Assembly: GCA_964187785.1 (NCBI GenBank)
Contig: OZ076418.1
Coordinates: 54,808,001-54,872,000 of the forward strand
DNA length: 64,000 nucleotides
Direction: 5' to 3'
Source of the DNA: Amphiscolops sp. MND2022
Lineage: Eukaryota
Below, one piece after another: positions 48,341-58,085 of the stretch; the stretch's first letter is position 1; every line of letters starts with the position of its first letter. The notes under the pieces were generated by a model. That model worked only from the letters and a program-made list of their open reading frames with translations, was not told the DNA's origin and ran no database searches. Made by a program: the position numbers and the translations under genes.

Positions 48341-48739
48341 TTATTTTTGCAAGCTGAGGATTTCTTTTATTTTTGCAATGTAGAATTCTTCAAAGGAGCC
48401 AAGTCCCGTTTCCATAAAAGAAGACAATTCTTCTAGGAGTGGTAGATCAAAGAGTTGTATATTCGTCTCAGGGCTATCGATGTAGACTGATAAGGCGATG
48501 GCTAATTCAGCAAAGAATTTTGTTTTCTCTTCTACTCTTATGAAGACTTTGGTTTTGGGCTTTAATACTGTATAGCCTCTAGCTGTAAGCCAAAATTGGT
48601 ATCGGTATGACCACTGCAGTTCCTTCACAATTAATAGTTCAGGGCTTTTGATGGGGTCGACTAAATTATAGATTGATACTGGAAGTTTTAGTTTAACTGT
48701 TTCAATTGCGTCTTCTTCCCAGAGGTTGTGGATGAACAT
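48341..48739 (-). CDS. Unknown 132-aa accessory ORF (paralogue of 48879..49199)
   Basis: Open frame that aligns by eye to the 106-aa ORF (LQWSY/LKWSF; ELAIALSVYIDSPETNIQLFDLPLLEEL / QLSEALDNYAEEPESHITQFQLHILGEL). Confidence 0.7.
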   Translation of the reverse strand: MFIHNLWEEDAIETVKLKLPVSIYNLVDPIKSPELLIVKELQWSYRYQFWLTARGYTVLKPKTKVFIRVEEKTKFFAELAIALSVYIDSPETNIQLFDLPLLEELSSFMETGLGSFEEFYIAKIKEILSLQK

Positions 48740-48878
48740 TGATTTTTATTGATTTCTCCGTTTTCTATTTTGAGGGAGTTGATTTCTTGCTAATTGGGGG
48801 AGTAGTTGTGGAAGGATGCGTCTGGTCCAAATTTGTCTGACGATTTCTTCTCGTAGACTGAAGCTCATTCAATTTTAT

Positions 48879-49199
48879 TTATGCTGCTGTTGTATCGGCT
48901 AACTCTCCAAGGATATGGAGTTGAAATTGGGTGATGTGTGATTCAGGTTCTTCAGCGTAATTATCCAAAGCCTCAGATAGTTGTTCTCGGAGGAATCTAT
49001 TGTTAGCGATTTCTAAGGTGGAGACTTTGCTTTTGTTTTCTACAGGGTGTACTGTTATCAGAATGAAACTGGGTTTGATAAAGGACCACTTGAGTTTGAT
49101 GATATTGAAGTTTTCAGTGATGCCTGAAGGAGTAGTTATTTTAAAGGGGCAGTTGAATTCTACTTCATCAATTTCGCCTTCATCAAAAAATATGTCCAT
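48879..49199 (-). CDS. Unknown 106-aa accessory ORF
   Basis: Open frame whose ATG directly follows the TAA of the upstream ORF. Paralogous to the 132-aa ORF. Confidence 0.7.
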   Translation of the reverse strand: MDIFFDEGEIDEVEFNCPFKITTPSGITENFNIIKLKWSFIKPSFILITVHPVENKSKVSTLEIANNRFLREQLSEALDNYAEEPESHITQFQLHILGELADTTAA

Positions 49200-49415
49200 T
49201 TAAATACTATTGTCAGCATTCAGGAATGCATCCGTTGGTGCGTTTCCAAAGAATAGAAAGATGTGATGGAAATAGTCCCAGTATATAGACGTTGGGGGAA
49301 CAGTGATAATTCTCTTCTGTTTTGTTTGGTGGTGCTGAAGGGAAACGTGAAAAGTCAAATTTCGGAAATCTTGTCTAACTATTCTGTAGAAGTCGTTGTT
49401 TATCTTGATGTACAT
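49200..49415 (-). CDS. Unknown 71-aa accessory ORF
   Basis: Open frame with a TAAATG stop-start junction to the next ORF. Confidence 0.5.
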   Translation of the reverse strand: MYIKINNDFYRIVRQDFRNLTFHVSLQHHQTKQKRIITVPPTSIYWDYFHHIFLFFGNAPTDAFLNADNSI

Positions 49416-50962
49416 TTGCTAGATTCGTCAGTTGATTGTGTAGTTGTAGGCTATGCTAAAATACAAACAAAAACATGCGCATCGTTAAAACGATCGCTTT
49501 AAAGTTAGACAGAACATTTCTTTTGCTCAAAACAGAGGAGCTAGAGGTCAAAAAATGATTCGTGATATTAATTGAAGAATGAGACGCTTGGTGACTAAAA
49601 TGAGATTACAAGTTACAAATAAAGTCATAAATTACTTTTGAATACAACAAAGGAGTTTTGCGGCGAGATAATTAAATTGTTCTATTAAGGAGGAGCTGAA
49701 GTAGTTGGCGGCTAAAATGAAAGATAGTTATGGAGCTGAAAAGATAATAGACAAATACGTGAACAAAGACTTTAAATTACTTTTTATGTGAGATAAAAGA
49801 ATACATGAACAAAGCAATTATTTAATGAGTGGAGTTGTATGGTGGCTGAAAACAGAAGATGGTTGAGAACAAAAGTGATGCGTGAACAAAAGTTAAATTG
49901 AAGAAAGAAGTTGATGAGATAATAAAAGTTTGAACAAAGCATTATTTCATTTATTTATCTAGCTAAAGCAGGTTTGTCAAAAGATTTTATTTTATTATTA
50001 CGAACTAAAGAACAATAAGCTTCACAAAGCAAGTTATTTAAAACAGTAAAATGATGAGTTGTAACAGATGGCTAGGAGATATTCACAGAGGATTTTTGTT
50101 TTTGTAGTTTCTTCTTTGTTTTCTTCATTTTATCTGCTAATTTCTGGGCTGTTAGGTCGGGTGTTTTTCGGGTGTTATTTTCTGATTCTTGATTTTTTCT
50201 GACTATACAACTACGAAGTAGTCCCACCGCCATTGAACGAAAAATGAAAGTTTGAAATTTTTTGTTTGGTGTGTGCGCTCGCAAATTTTTGGGTTGGGTA
50301 GCCGGGAAATTTTTTGAGGTAGGGGGTGCTGAAAATGAAATTTAAATCCCTTTGTTTTTCAGAACGTTTTGATAATGAGTGCTCTTAATGACTTGGATTT
50401 CCCTATTCTTGATGTCAGTGGGGAAGTCTGGCAAACATTTTTCGGCGTTGAGGAACTGACTGCTCTAAAGGCTCTAGTTGAGGAACTTCAGCAGCCCATG
50501 CTAGGGATGGGAAGTATCTATCCCTTGGATGTAGGGCCTCAATTAAGTGCTGCTTTACAAATAGTTACGGAGTCAGAAGACGTGAGTTGTTGTTTATTTC
50601 ATTATTTATAATAGTTTTCATCTTCTGTTTCTGTAGTAGGAATGCAGTGTCCCTTTACAATTCTTTCTGTTTCAGTGGATATCCGTCTTATCGAATGGTG
50701 GGTTTCGGAGCAGACTTGCCATCAGAGAGCTTGAGAATATTCAATATTCTTATTCTATGTTGACTGCCCTCGCCAAAAGGGAGATCGTTATTCGATGGAA
50801 TATGGGGGACTATGTTCCCGTCATTAATTTTCTGCGAAAGCCGTTATTTTTAAGCGGATAGTTTCTTGTATATAGTTTTGTGTGCTGATGTGTATTTACT
50901 TTTTTGTTTATATTTTTATTCGGATCCTCTCCTGTAATACATTGTATAACTAAATATAATGT

Positions 50963-53900
50963 TTAGTCTTTGTATCCTTTTCTTTCTAGATCCCGTAGTG
51001 AGCTGTAAGGATGAGAGCGCTTGTATTTTGCTTTTACTTTTGACGTGAGATCAGCAACTTTATTTTTCTTTTTTGGCGATGAAGAAGTAGATTGCTCAGC
51101 TTCATGAAATTGCGGCGTTGTCCTCAAAATAGTAGGAACACGAATAGGCATAGGAGTCATAGGAAGTATAGGAGTTTGTAGCGGCGGCAATGGTGAAATT
51201 GTTAAATTTTGATAATTATGATCATCATTAGTAGACGTAGCAGGAGATTGAATTCCTGAGTCAGCAGTAGGTGAAAGAGTAGCGTGGTTTTTGTTCATTT
51301 CTTGATAATTAGTATTTTCTTGTAGCGGCGATATGATGAAAGGCATTACATCTAGGGAACATTTTTGTTGATTTGAATTGTAGTCATTTATTTGCGACTG
51401 CACTAGATGTTTGTAGAAATCACTATCTTTTGTTATAGGCGGCGTATAGTTAGTGATTAGAGGAGGGAGTCTTTCCTCTTTAGGAAAATATTCAATTAGG
51501 TGATTGCGATGAGTAACTTTAACGTTTTCTGGGTTAGCGTCCTCTTGAATTTCGTACGTCGTGTTTGTTATTTGTTTAGTTACTGTAAAAGGGCCAACAC
51601 GTAATTGTTTTAACTTTTGTGATCTGCTTAAGTCGGCAGTGTGATTCTCTAAGAATACTTTTTGTCCGATGTTGATAGGTCGTCCGAGTTTGAATCGGTT
51701 TCTGTATTCGTGTGCTTTAGAAGTAATTTGGCGGCATCGTTGATAGGTTGACGAATAGATTCGTTTGAAGTCGTTTTCACGAGCAATGAGTTCGTCTGAG
51801 AGTTGTGGCCTGAGTAATCGATCCAGGGATTTGTTCGGTAGTTGGTTTTCGCTGTGTGTATGGGGTTTCAATCCTTCACAGTAGTCGGATCTGCATTGTT
51901 TGTTCTTGTCTCGTATTAGTCCAAGTTTTAACGTCATAGGAACTTGTGGTTTTGTCCCGAACACTATTTCATATGGGGTAAGTCCCGTAGTGTAGTTTAC
52001 ACTTGTGTTATGAGCGAATGCAAATTTCGGTGCTAGTTTTGACCAATTATTACCTGACTCGTTAGTGAAGTTTCTCCAATATCGTGTAAGGTGCTGATTT
52101 TGTACTTCTACTTTTCCGTTTGTCCATGGTGAGTAAGTTGTACGTGGTGCGAGAGTTATTCCGAATTCTTTAGTCCAGTTGATGAAGTCACTGTTGATAA
52201 ATGCTGTCCCGTTATCGTGTATTATCTTCTGAGGGATTCCATAGGATGTGATCCATTTTTCTAATGCAGTAATAGTAGCTTGTGCGCTAGTATCTTTTAC
52301 TGGGTAGACACCAATGAATCTTGAAAATGCGTCAACTACTACTAAGCAATGGTTGTTAGAATTGCTACTAGGCCTGAGCGGGCCTTTATGGTCTATATGA
52401 ATGGTTTTGAAAGGTGTAGTTTCAAGTTCTCCCCATTGTTCCAAGGGAGCTTCGTGTAAGTCATGACGTTTTGACTTATTGGTTTGACATTCGATACAGT
52501 CTTCTATGAGATAAACTATCCATTTGTATCGTCCTGGCCAGAAGAAATATTGTCTAATATTTTCAAAGGTCTTAAATATTCCAGGATGACCACTGTGGCT
52601 GTGTGTGTGAGCAAGTTTGAAAAGTGGTAGAAACAATGATAGAGGAACACATATTTTCATCTCAGTTTTGCTTGTTTCCTGAACTGTCTCGTTGTAGCAT
52701 AGGAGGTTGGTTTCTTCGTCTATAAAGAGTTGCTCAAATCGGTTGAAGTATGACAGTAGTGCTTTAGATTGATTGATATCATGTGTTTTTGTTGGTCGTT
52801 TATCTGATTTCTTTATCCAACTGCGTACTTTTTGTAGTACTGGATCATTGAGTTGTTCTTCAACTAATGTAGTTACATCTAGATCAGCAGTTTTTGCAAA
52901 ATCACTCAATTTTTGTATCAATTCCTTTGTGTCTACCTCTGGGTGTAATTCTGAGTCTATGTTGGATTTTAGAATTGGTTTTCGTGACTGGTTTCTTCGG
53001 ATTGATTCGTTTGCAAGTGAGAAATCGTGTAAGAATTCGGAGTCCTTCTGATCGAAGTTTAGTTCTGCTATTTCGTTGTCGCTGTTGTAGCCGTCATCTT
53101 GTTGTTCTTCAATTTCGCTGTAGGTTTCCTCTTCGATGGTGTAATTTGTGAAGTAGGGGCAAACATCTGAGCAAAGTCGTTTATATTGGTTTATTGTCTT
53201 GCCGAGTTTAAAGCAATCGGTCATGTCTTGCATTGTAGCTAAGACTTCATTGTCTTCTATGTAATCTTCGACATATTGTTCGTCACCATCATTCTTTAGG
53301 TGTAGGATTTGTCTATCGTTTCCATGTTGGCAGATTATCGGAAAGAAGTCGTTGCATGAGATATCTTGGCTATCTTCGTGTTTGATAGTGTAATGCATCT
53401 GGTCTCCCTTTTCATCATAGAATGATATCTCTTTCGGTATTTCTTTATGCTGTAGCTGTAATTTGTTGATGTCGGACAGTGTTACGTTTCGGCTAAGTAT
53501 ATCTGGGAAAGCTAAGTTTGAACCTGGCGTCCAGATTATCTTCAAGTTGTGAAATTTTGTTATTATAACTTGGTACTTGAAGAACCGATGAGAAAGTTGT
53601 CCTTTTCGTCCCCATAAGTAGAGAATGGGTTTGTGGTCACAGTATAGGTAGATTGGAAATGGTGAGCCAATAATGTAGTGCTCATAGGTTTGTAGTGCAG
53701 ATACAATACCACAAAGTTCTCGGTGGAGGGTAGACATTTTTTGTTCTGCTTTATCAAAGACACGAGAGTTGAAAGAGACTATTCGTTTTCCTTCTGGAAA
53801 TTGTTGAACTAAGATACATCCAGTCCCTACATTCGAAGAGTCAACGTGAATATGAAAAGGGTATTCAGTTGAAGGAACTGCTAAAATAGTATCTTCTGAG

Positions 53901-56422
53901 ATTCTTTCTTTTATCTGGTTGAAAAGTGTTTCGTGTTGTTCAGTCCATTTGAAAGGTGTAGTGTCTTTTATCAATTCATAGAATGGTTGACTATCGACGT
54001 GTAGATTCTTGATATAGCAGCTATAAAAACCTAAACATCCAAGTACTTTCATTACGTCTCGTTTGCATTCCGGTGACTTCAAATTCTTCAAGTCTTGTAC
54101 TCTTTTAGCTACTGGTTGAATTCCGTCTTGAGATATAACATGTCCCAGGAATTTTACTTTTCTCAAGAAGAAGTGTGTCTTGTCAGGTGCGGCTTTTAGT
54201 CCGCCTTTTCGTAGGAGTTGGTGATACTCGTGTATGATGGTGAACATCTCGCCTTTGGTTTGCGATTGGAGAAGACTATCATCAAGATAGGTGATTGCTT
54301 GTTTCTTCTTTACAAGTGGTTCGAAGTTAATCGCCATCATTCGGCTGAACCATTGAGGGAGTCCACAAAGGCCATAGAATCCAACTTGATAGGTGTATTG
54401 TTTTCCACCTACGATGAAACTAGTTAGTTTCTGAGTTTCTTCACTAAGAGGTACTTGGTGATATGCACAAGAAAGATCACTTGCTGTAAAATACTTGCCG
54501 TTGATTCTTGTCATAATCATTTGGACTGGCTCGAGTGGCCAAGAGTAGTTTGTTAAGTCAGTGATAGAATTTAGATATCTAGCGTCAATAACAAGTTTAA
54601 CATAGTCAGCTTTAGGTAAGAGAATGATTGGATTTACGAATAGTGAACCAAGCTCGTCGTCGTCTCCCATTTCTCTAATGATGCCCGTTTCTTGTAGTTG
54701 TCCAAGAAGTTTTTCAAGCTTATCTTTCAGATGGAGTGGAACTTTGCTAGGACGTTGTTTGCGGAGTTCTGAGTTTGGTTTTAGAGTGACGTGAAACTTC
54801 TGTTTGGTTTGACCAATATCGAATTTGTGTTGTGAGTATACATCTCTGGAGTCAATGATCATATCTATTAACATAACAAGTTCTTCGTCTTCTAAATCGG
54901 TGTATTGAAAATCGAATTGCTTGATGAAGTCTTTTATTTCTTGAGGTTGATATTGAAGGTAGTAGTCAATAAGATCATTGTTTAACTCTTTAGGTCTCAG
55001 TATTGGAAATTGTTCCTTACACGGAGGCTGACATGATTTTGAATCCTTGGTAAAGTCTGTTTCTAGTTCGTCCTTTTCATCCGTCCATTCGTTCGTATAG
55101 TTGTCAATTTTATCTTCTATAGAGTTCGTAGACTTGTTAGCTATTTTACAGTCTAGTTCATTCCTGGAGATGATCTGAATGAGAATGCCAGAGTCAGTGA
55201 AAGTGTCTTTCAGTATTTTCAGTACTTCATTCCAAGAGAGCTTGTCAAGTCCACAACCAATCTTTGGCATTGTTATTATATGAACATTGTTGAGGAGAGC
55301 GTGACCTCTCATGTTCTCGAGTGATATCCGAAGGTTCTCAAGAGTAGGTTTTTCAAAGAACTTGTTCTTTGTGACATGGTTGTATATGAGTCTATTTGCA
55401 TCATTATCCCAGAAGGGAATGACTGAACCAACAAAAGCTTTTGACTTGTAACAATATTCTTGTAGTCCACTGATGTGGTTGGTGATAGTTTCAGCAAATC
55501 CTTTACTCATTTTTGCATCTGCTGATATGCAATGAGCAATAGCTGCTTGGCTTTCAAAGATTGTATCATCGTTCCCATTAATGATACGTACACCATCTCT
55601 GAAGTCTGATTCGAGTGGTAGTGTCGAGTGTAGTAAAAAGCATTCGTTATACTGATCATTCTCAGATAGTATACAGTTAACCATTTTAACACAATCTTTT
55701 ATTTGGTACTTTGGTCGTTCGTAGTCTAGTATGTCTAATGCTGAGTATCCCAAAATTCCTTTGTCAAGAGTTATTTGATGATTCTTGTTGTTCTCCATTA
55801 GAATTGGTAGATATTGTTCTGACTGTGTGCAAAGAACATTTACAAAGTCTAGTCCTGAGTTAGTTACTTTTTGATGAGGGATGAAGGTTGTTCCTGGTGC
55901 AAAGTTTATTTGTTCATCTTCTGGACGGTATTTGTAGACACGAGATGTCTTAGCATCAACATGTATCTGATGTGGCACTCGTATTGCTCTGATTAGTGAC
56001 AAATAGGGGTAAGGTTTAGTAGCACAAAGACTGCCATAGCAAATTGTATTAGGAGTGTCTTTGAGTTCTAATGCAGGAATATCGAAATGGAGTTTAGAGA
56101 TATACTTTCTACAGAATTCAATACCCAACAAAATTGCTGTTTTGGTTTCTGTTATCCAAAGTTGTAGTTGAAAACAGTGTTCTCCATCAAAGTCAAAACT
56201 GAAGTTTAGTGTTGTGTGACCCAACATAGGTATTTCTTCTCCAGTGTATGTTCTAGTCTTTTGTTTGCTTCTTATTACTGTGATTGGTTGAAGAAACTGA
56301 GAAATTTCATAAAAAGTGCGATAATTAATGATAGAGCAAGCTGCTCCAGTATCGACCATGAATTCGATTTCAAGTCCACTATCTTTTTTAGAGTCTCCGG
56401 TGGGAAAATAGAAAACGTTCAT
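50963..56422 (-). CDS. pol: Pol: aspartic protease - spacer - macrodomain - RT - RNase H - integrase (GPF)
   Basis: Motifs in order: MVDTGA (PR); AHCISAD...MPKIGCGLD (macro); YLDD (RT); HVDSS...YCDHKP (RH); HTHSHSGH...CIEC, IHIDH, VVDAFSR, HDNG and KVE (IN); VGPF. The frame is open upstream to the slippery site at 56476-56482. Confidence 0.97.
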   Translation of the reverse strand: MNVFYFPTGDSKKDSGLEIEFMVDTGAACSIINYRTFYEISQFLQPITVIRSKQKTRTYTGEEIPMLGHTTLNFSFDFDGEHCFQLQLWITETKTAILLGIEFCRKYISKLHFDIPALELKDTPNTICYGSLCATKPYPYLSLIRAIRVPHQIHVDAKTSRVYKYRPEDEQINFAPGTTFIPHQKVTNSGLDFVNVLCTQSEQYLPILMENNKNHQITLDKGILGYSALDILDYERPKYQIKDCVKMVNCILSENDQYNECFLLHSTLPLESDFRDGVRIINGNDDTIFESQAAIAHCISADAKMSKGFAETITNHISGLQEYCYKSKAFVGSVIPFWDNDANRLIYNHVTKNKFFEKPTLENLRISLENMRGHALLNNVHIITMPKIGCGLDKLSWNEVLKILKDTFTDSGILIQIISRNELDCKIANKSTNSIEDKIDNYTNEWTDEKDELETDFTKDSKSCQPPCKEQFPILRPKELNNDLIDYYLQYQPQEIKDFIKQFDFQYTDLEDEELVMLIDMIIDSRDVYSQHKFDIGQTKQKFHVTLKPNSELRKQRPSKVPLHLKDKLEKLLGQLQETGIIREMGDDDELGSLFVNPIILLPKADYVKLVIDARYLNSITDLTNYSWPLEPVQMIMTRINGKYFTASDLSCAYHQVPLSEETQKLTSFIVGGKQYTYQVGFYGLCGLPQWFSRMMAINFEPLVKKKQAITYLDDSLLQSQTKGEMFTIIHEYHQLLRKGGLKAAPDKTHFFLRKVKFLGHVISQDGIQPVAKRVQDLKNLKSPECKRDVMKVLGCLGFYSCYIKNLHVDSQPFYELIKDTTPFKWTEQHETLFNQIKERISEDTILAVPSTEYPFHIHVDSSNVGTGCILVQQFPEGKRIVSFNSRVFDKAEQKMSTLHRELCGIVSALQTYEHYIIGSPFPIYLYCDHKPILYLWGRKGQLSHRFFKYQVIITKFHNLKIIWTPGSNLAFPDILSRNVTLSDINKLQLQHKEIPKEISFYDEKGDQMHYTIKHEDSQDISCNDFFPIICQHGNDRQILHLKNDGDEQYVEDYIEDNEVLATMQDMTDCFKLGKTINQYKRLCSDVCPYFTNYTIEEETYSEIEEQQDDGYNSDNEIAELNFDQKDSEFLHDFSLANESIRRNQSRKPILKSNIDSELHPEVDTKELIQKLSDFAKTADLDVTTLVEEQLNDPVLQKVRSWIKKSDKRPTKTHDINQSKALLSYFNRFEQLFIDEETNLLCYNETVQETSKTEMKICVPLSLFLPLFKLAHTHSHSGHPGIFKTFENIRQYFFWPGRYKWIVYLIEDCIECQTNKSKRHDLHEAPLEQWGELETTPFKTIHIDHKGPLRPSSNSNNHCLVVVDAFSRFIGVYPVKDTSAQATITALEKWITSYGIPQKIIHDNGTAFINSDFINWTKEFGITLAPRTTYSPWTNGKVEVQNQHLTRYWRNFTNESGNNWSKLAPKFAFAHNTSVNYTTGLTPYEIVFGTKPQVPMTLKLGLIRDKNKQCRSDYCEGLKPHTHSENQLPNKSLDRLLRPQLSDELIARENDFKRIYSSTYQRCRQITSKAHEYRNRFKLGRPINIGQKVFLENHTADLSRSQKLKQLRVGPFTVTKQITNTTYEIQEDANPENVKVTHRNHLIEYFPKEERLPPLITNYTPPITKDSDFYKHLVQSQINDYNSNQQKCSLDVMPFIISPLQENTNYQEMNKNHATLSPTADSGIQSPATSTNDDHNYQNLTISPLPPLQTPILPMTPMPIRVPTILRTTPQFHEAEQSTSSSPKKKNKVADLTSKVKAKYKRSHPYSSLRDLERKGYKD

Positions 56423-56469
56423 ATGAAAACGTGATTTGAAGTTACTTTCTTCATCTGGTTGCGGAGACC

Positions 56470-57762
56470 TTAGTAGTTTAAAGCAAAGTAGTTGGAGATT
56501 GAGTTTACCATCTCTTGAGAGTCGTCATCAATGAATTGCACATTGTTAGAGAGAGCATTAGAATTGTTCTGCGGGAAATTTCGGTTATATTGAAAATTGG
56601 AGTTGTTATTCTGCCTTGCAGGAAAGTTGAAGTTATTTTGCCCAGTTCGCTGATTCTGTCCTTGATTAGAGTTACTCTGGTTGTTATGATTCTGGTTGTT
56701 GAAATTTTGGTTTCTATTATACGGCTGACTAAAGTTGTTATTATACCTTTGCGAAGAGTTGGAGTTGTGGTAGTTTTGCGATCCGAAGTTCGGTCCCTTT
56801 CTCTTGTTGTAGTCATTGGTGAAGGTTGGCTTTTTCTGCTGGTTATCACGATTGTATTGACGTTTTCGTTCATCATCGAAGGCTTTAGTTCTACAATATT
56901 GCAGTGTATGCCCGTTTCGCCTACAGTAGTGACAGAAGCGAGTTGCATTCTGTCTGGACTTATTATTCACATCGTTGGTTCGTGTGTTGGCTTGATTTAA
57001 AGCATTCACTTGTTGTTCTTTCAGAAGTGTTGAAAGTTCTCTGACTTGTTTCTCTAACGAATCTAGTTTGGAGTTCTGCTCGTTAGTTGGATTTGGTACG
57101 AAATCTGAGCTTACTGTATAGACCAAGTCCTTGTTGGCTATGTGGTCTTTGAAGTTATCCCAAGTTGTGTTAGGATGTTCTATCAGGTATTCGTGAGCTT
57201 TTCTTCTAAGTCCTGAAGGGGTTAGTCCCTTGGTTGTGAAGTCAATATACTTTTGATTTCTCAAGTTTTGTTGAGCGCCTCTTTCATCTTGATTAGCTCC
57301 GGCATCGATCGGCCATCCTTTGTCAACTGCTTGTTTGACTCGGTGATAGAAATTTTTGATTAGTTCTTCTTTTCCTCTGACACAGTTTTCAGCAGTTATT
57401 CTGTGTCTGTATTTATCTCTGTCATCTGAGAAGCGAGTTATGAAGGCTGTTCTGACTTGAATCCAAGTAGGTAGTGGGTTACCTACGTTAAATCCTTCGT
57501 ACCACTCTGCGGCTGGTCCGCGGAGGAGAGACGAGAAAAGTGCTTTCTTTCTGAAGAGGTATCTAGCTGCTTCGCCAGCATCATTCGGTGGTGATCCGAG
57601 AGAGAAGTCAATTTTATTTTCTACTGTTAGAAGAAATGATTTAACATCTTGGTCTGGGTCGTCCCCAGAGAACTTGTCCAATGCCAGGTCAGGAAAAGAG
57701 ACTGCGTTCTGAGCCATTCTGAGGGTTGTGATAGTTTGGTTCTTCTTGTGATTGAGTTTCAT
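56470..57762 (-). CDS. gag: Gag with C-terminal CCHC knuckle and Asn/Gln-rich tail
   Basis: Retrotransposon-gag-like LDKFSG...LLRGPAAEWY, knuckle CHYCRRNGHTLQYC (C-x2-C-x4-H-x4-C), and position between the PBS and pol. Confidence 0.95.
   Translation of the reverse strand: MKLNHKKNQTITTLRMAQNAVSFPDLALDKFSGDDPDQDVKSFLLTVENKIDFSLGSPPNDAGEAARYLFRKKALFSSLLRGPAAEWYEGFNVGNPLPTWIQVRTAFITRFSDDRDKYRHRITAENCVRGKEELIKNFYHRVKQAVDKGWPIDAGANQDERGAQQNLRNQKYIDFTTKGLTPSGLRRKAHEYLIEHPNTTWDNFKDHIANKDLVYTVSSDFVPNPTNEQNSKLDSLEKQVRELSTLLKEQQVNALNQANTRTNDVNNKSRQNATRFCHYCRRNGHTLQYCRTKAFDDERKRQYNRDNQQKKPTFTNDYNKRKGPNFGSQNYHNSNSSQRYNNNFSQPYNRNQNFNNQNHNNQSNSNQGQNQRTGQNNFNFPARQNNNSNFQYNRNFPQNNSNALSNNVQFIDDDSQEMVNSISNYFALNY
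56476..56482 (-). promoter_or_regulatory. -1 ribosomal frameshift slippery heptamer T TTA AAC
   Basis: An X XXY YYZ heptamer in the gag frame, one codon before TAA. The -1 frame (FKLLRSPQPDEESNFKSRFHMNVF) is open into pol. Confidence 0.85.
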
Positions 57763-58068
57763 TCAGTTAAGGTATGATTGAATAATATTTAGCGATGGGG
57801 TCTTCAAGGTGTATATTGAAAATGAGTGCACAGAGACAAGTGACAAGGGTGATGAATACAAGAAAGATTCCAACAAAGAGTAGGTAGTCCGGGTCTTCAG
57901 GAGATATCACTAATCTCATAGACCTCAGTTATGGTGGAGATGGGTTGATATCGTCCAGATAGTTAGTTTTATGACAAGTGTGACAAAGCTAGTGACAAGG
58001 TGAAAGAAAACCAAAAACCAGATTAGTGAATAGTCCGGGTCTTCAAAAGTTATCATGAAATGGGTTTG

Positions 58069-58085
58069 CCTCACTGGTCGCACCA
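58069..58085 (-). other. Primer-binding site TGGTGCGACCAGTGAGG
   Basis: Starts with TGG at the 5' LTR end. The priming tRNA could not be identified by eye. Confidence 0.8.

Noticed and set aside
50963-56422. BEL/Pao classification, suggested by the chuvirus-like env
   Set aside because: The RT, RNase H and integrase motifs, the GPF module, a single CCHC knuckle and separate gag/pol frames fit Ty3/Gypsy.
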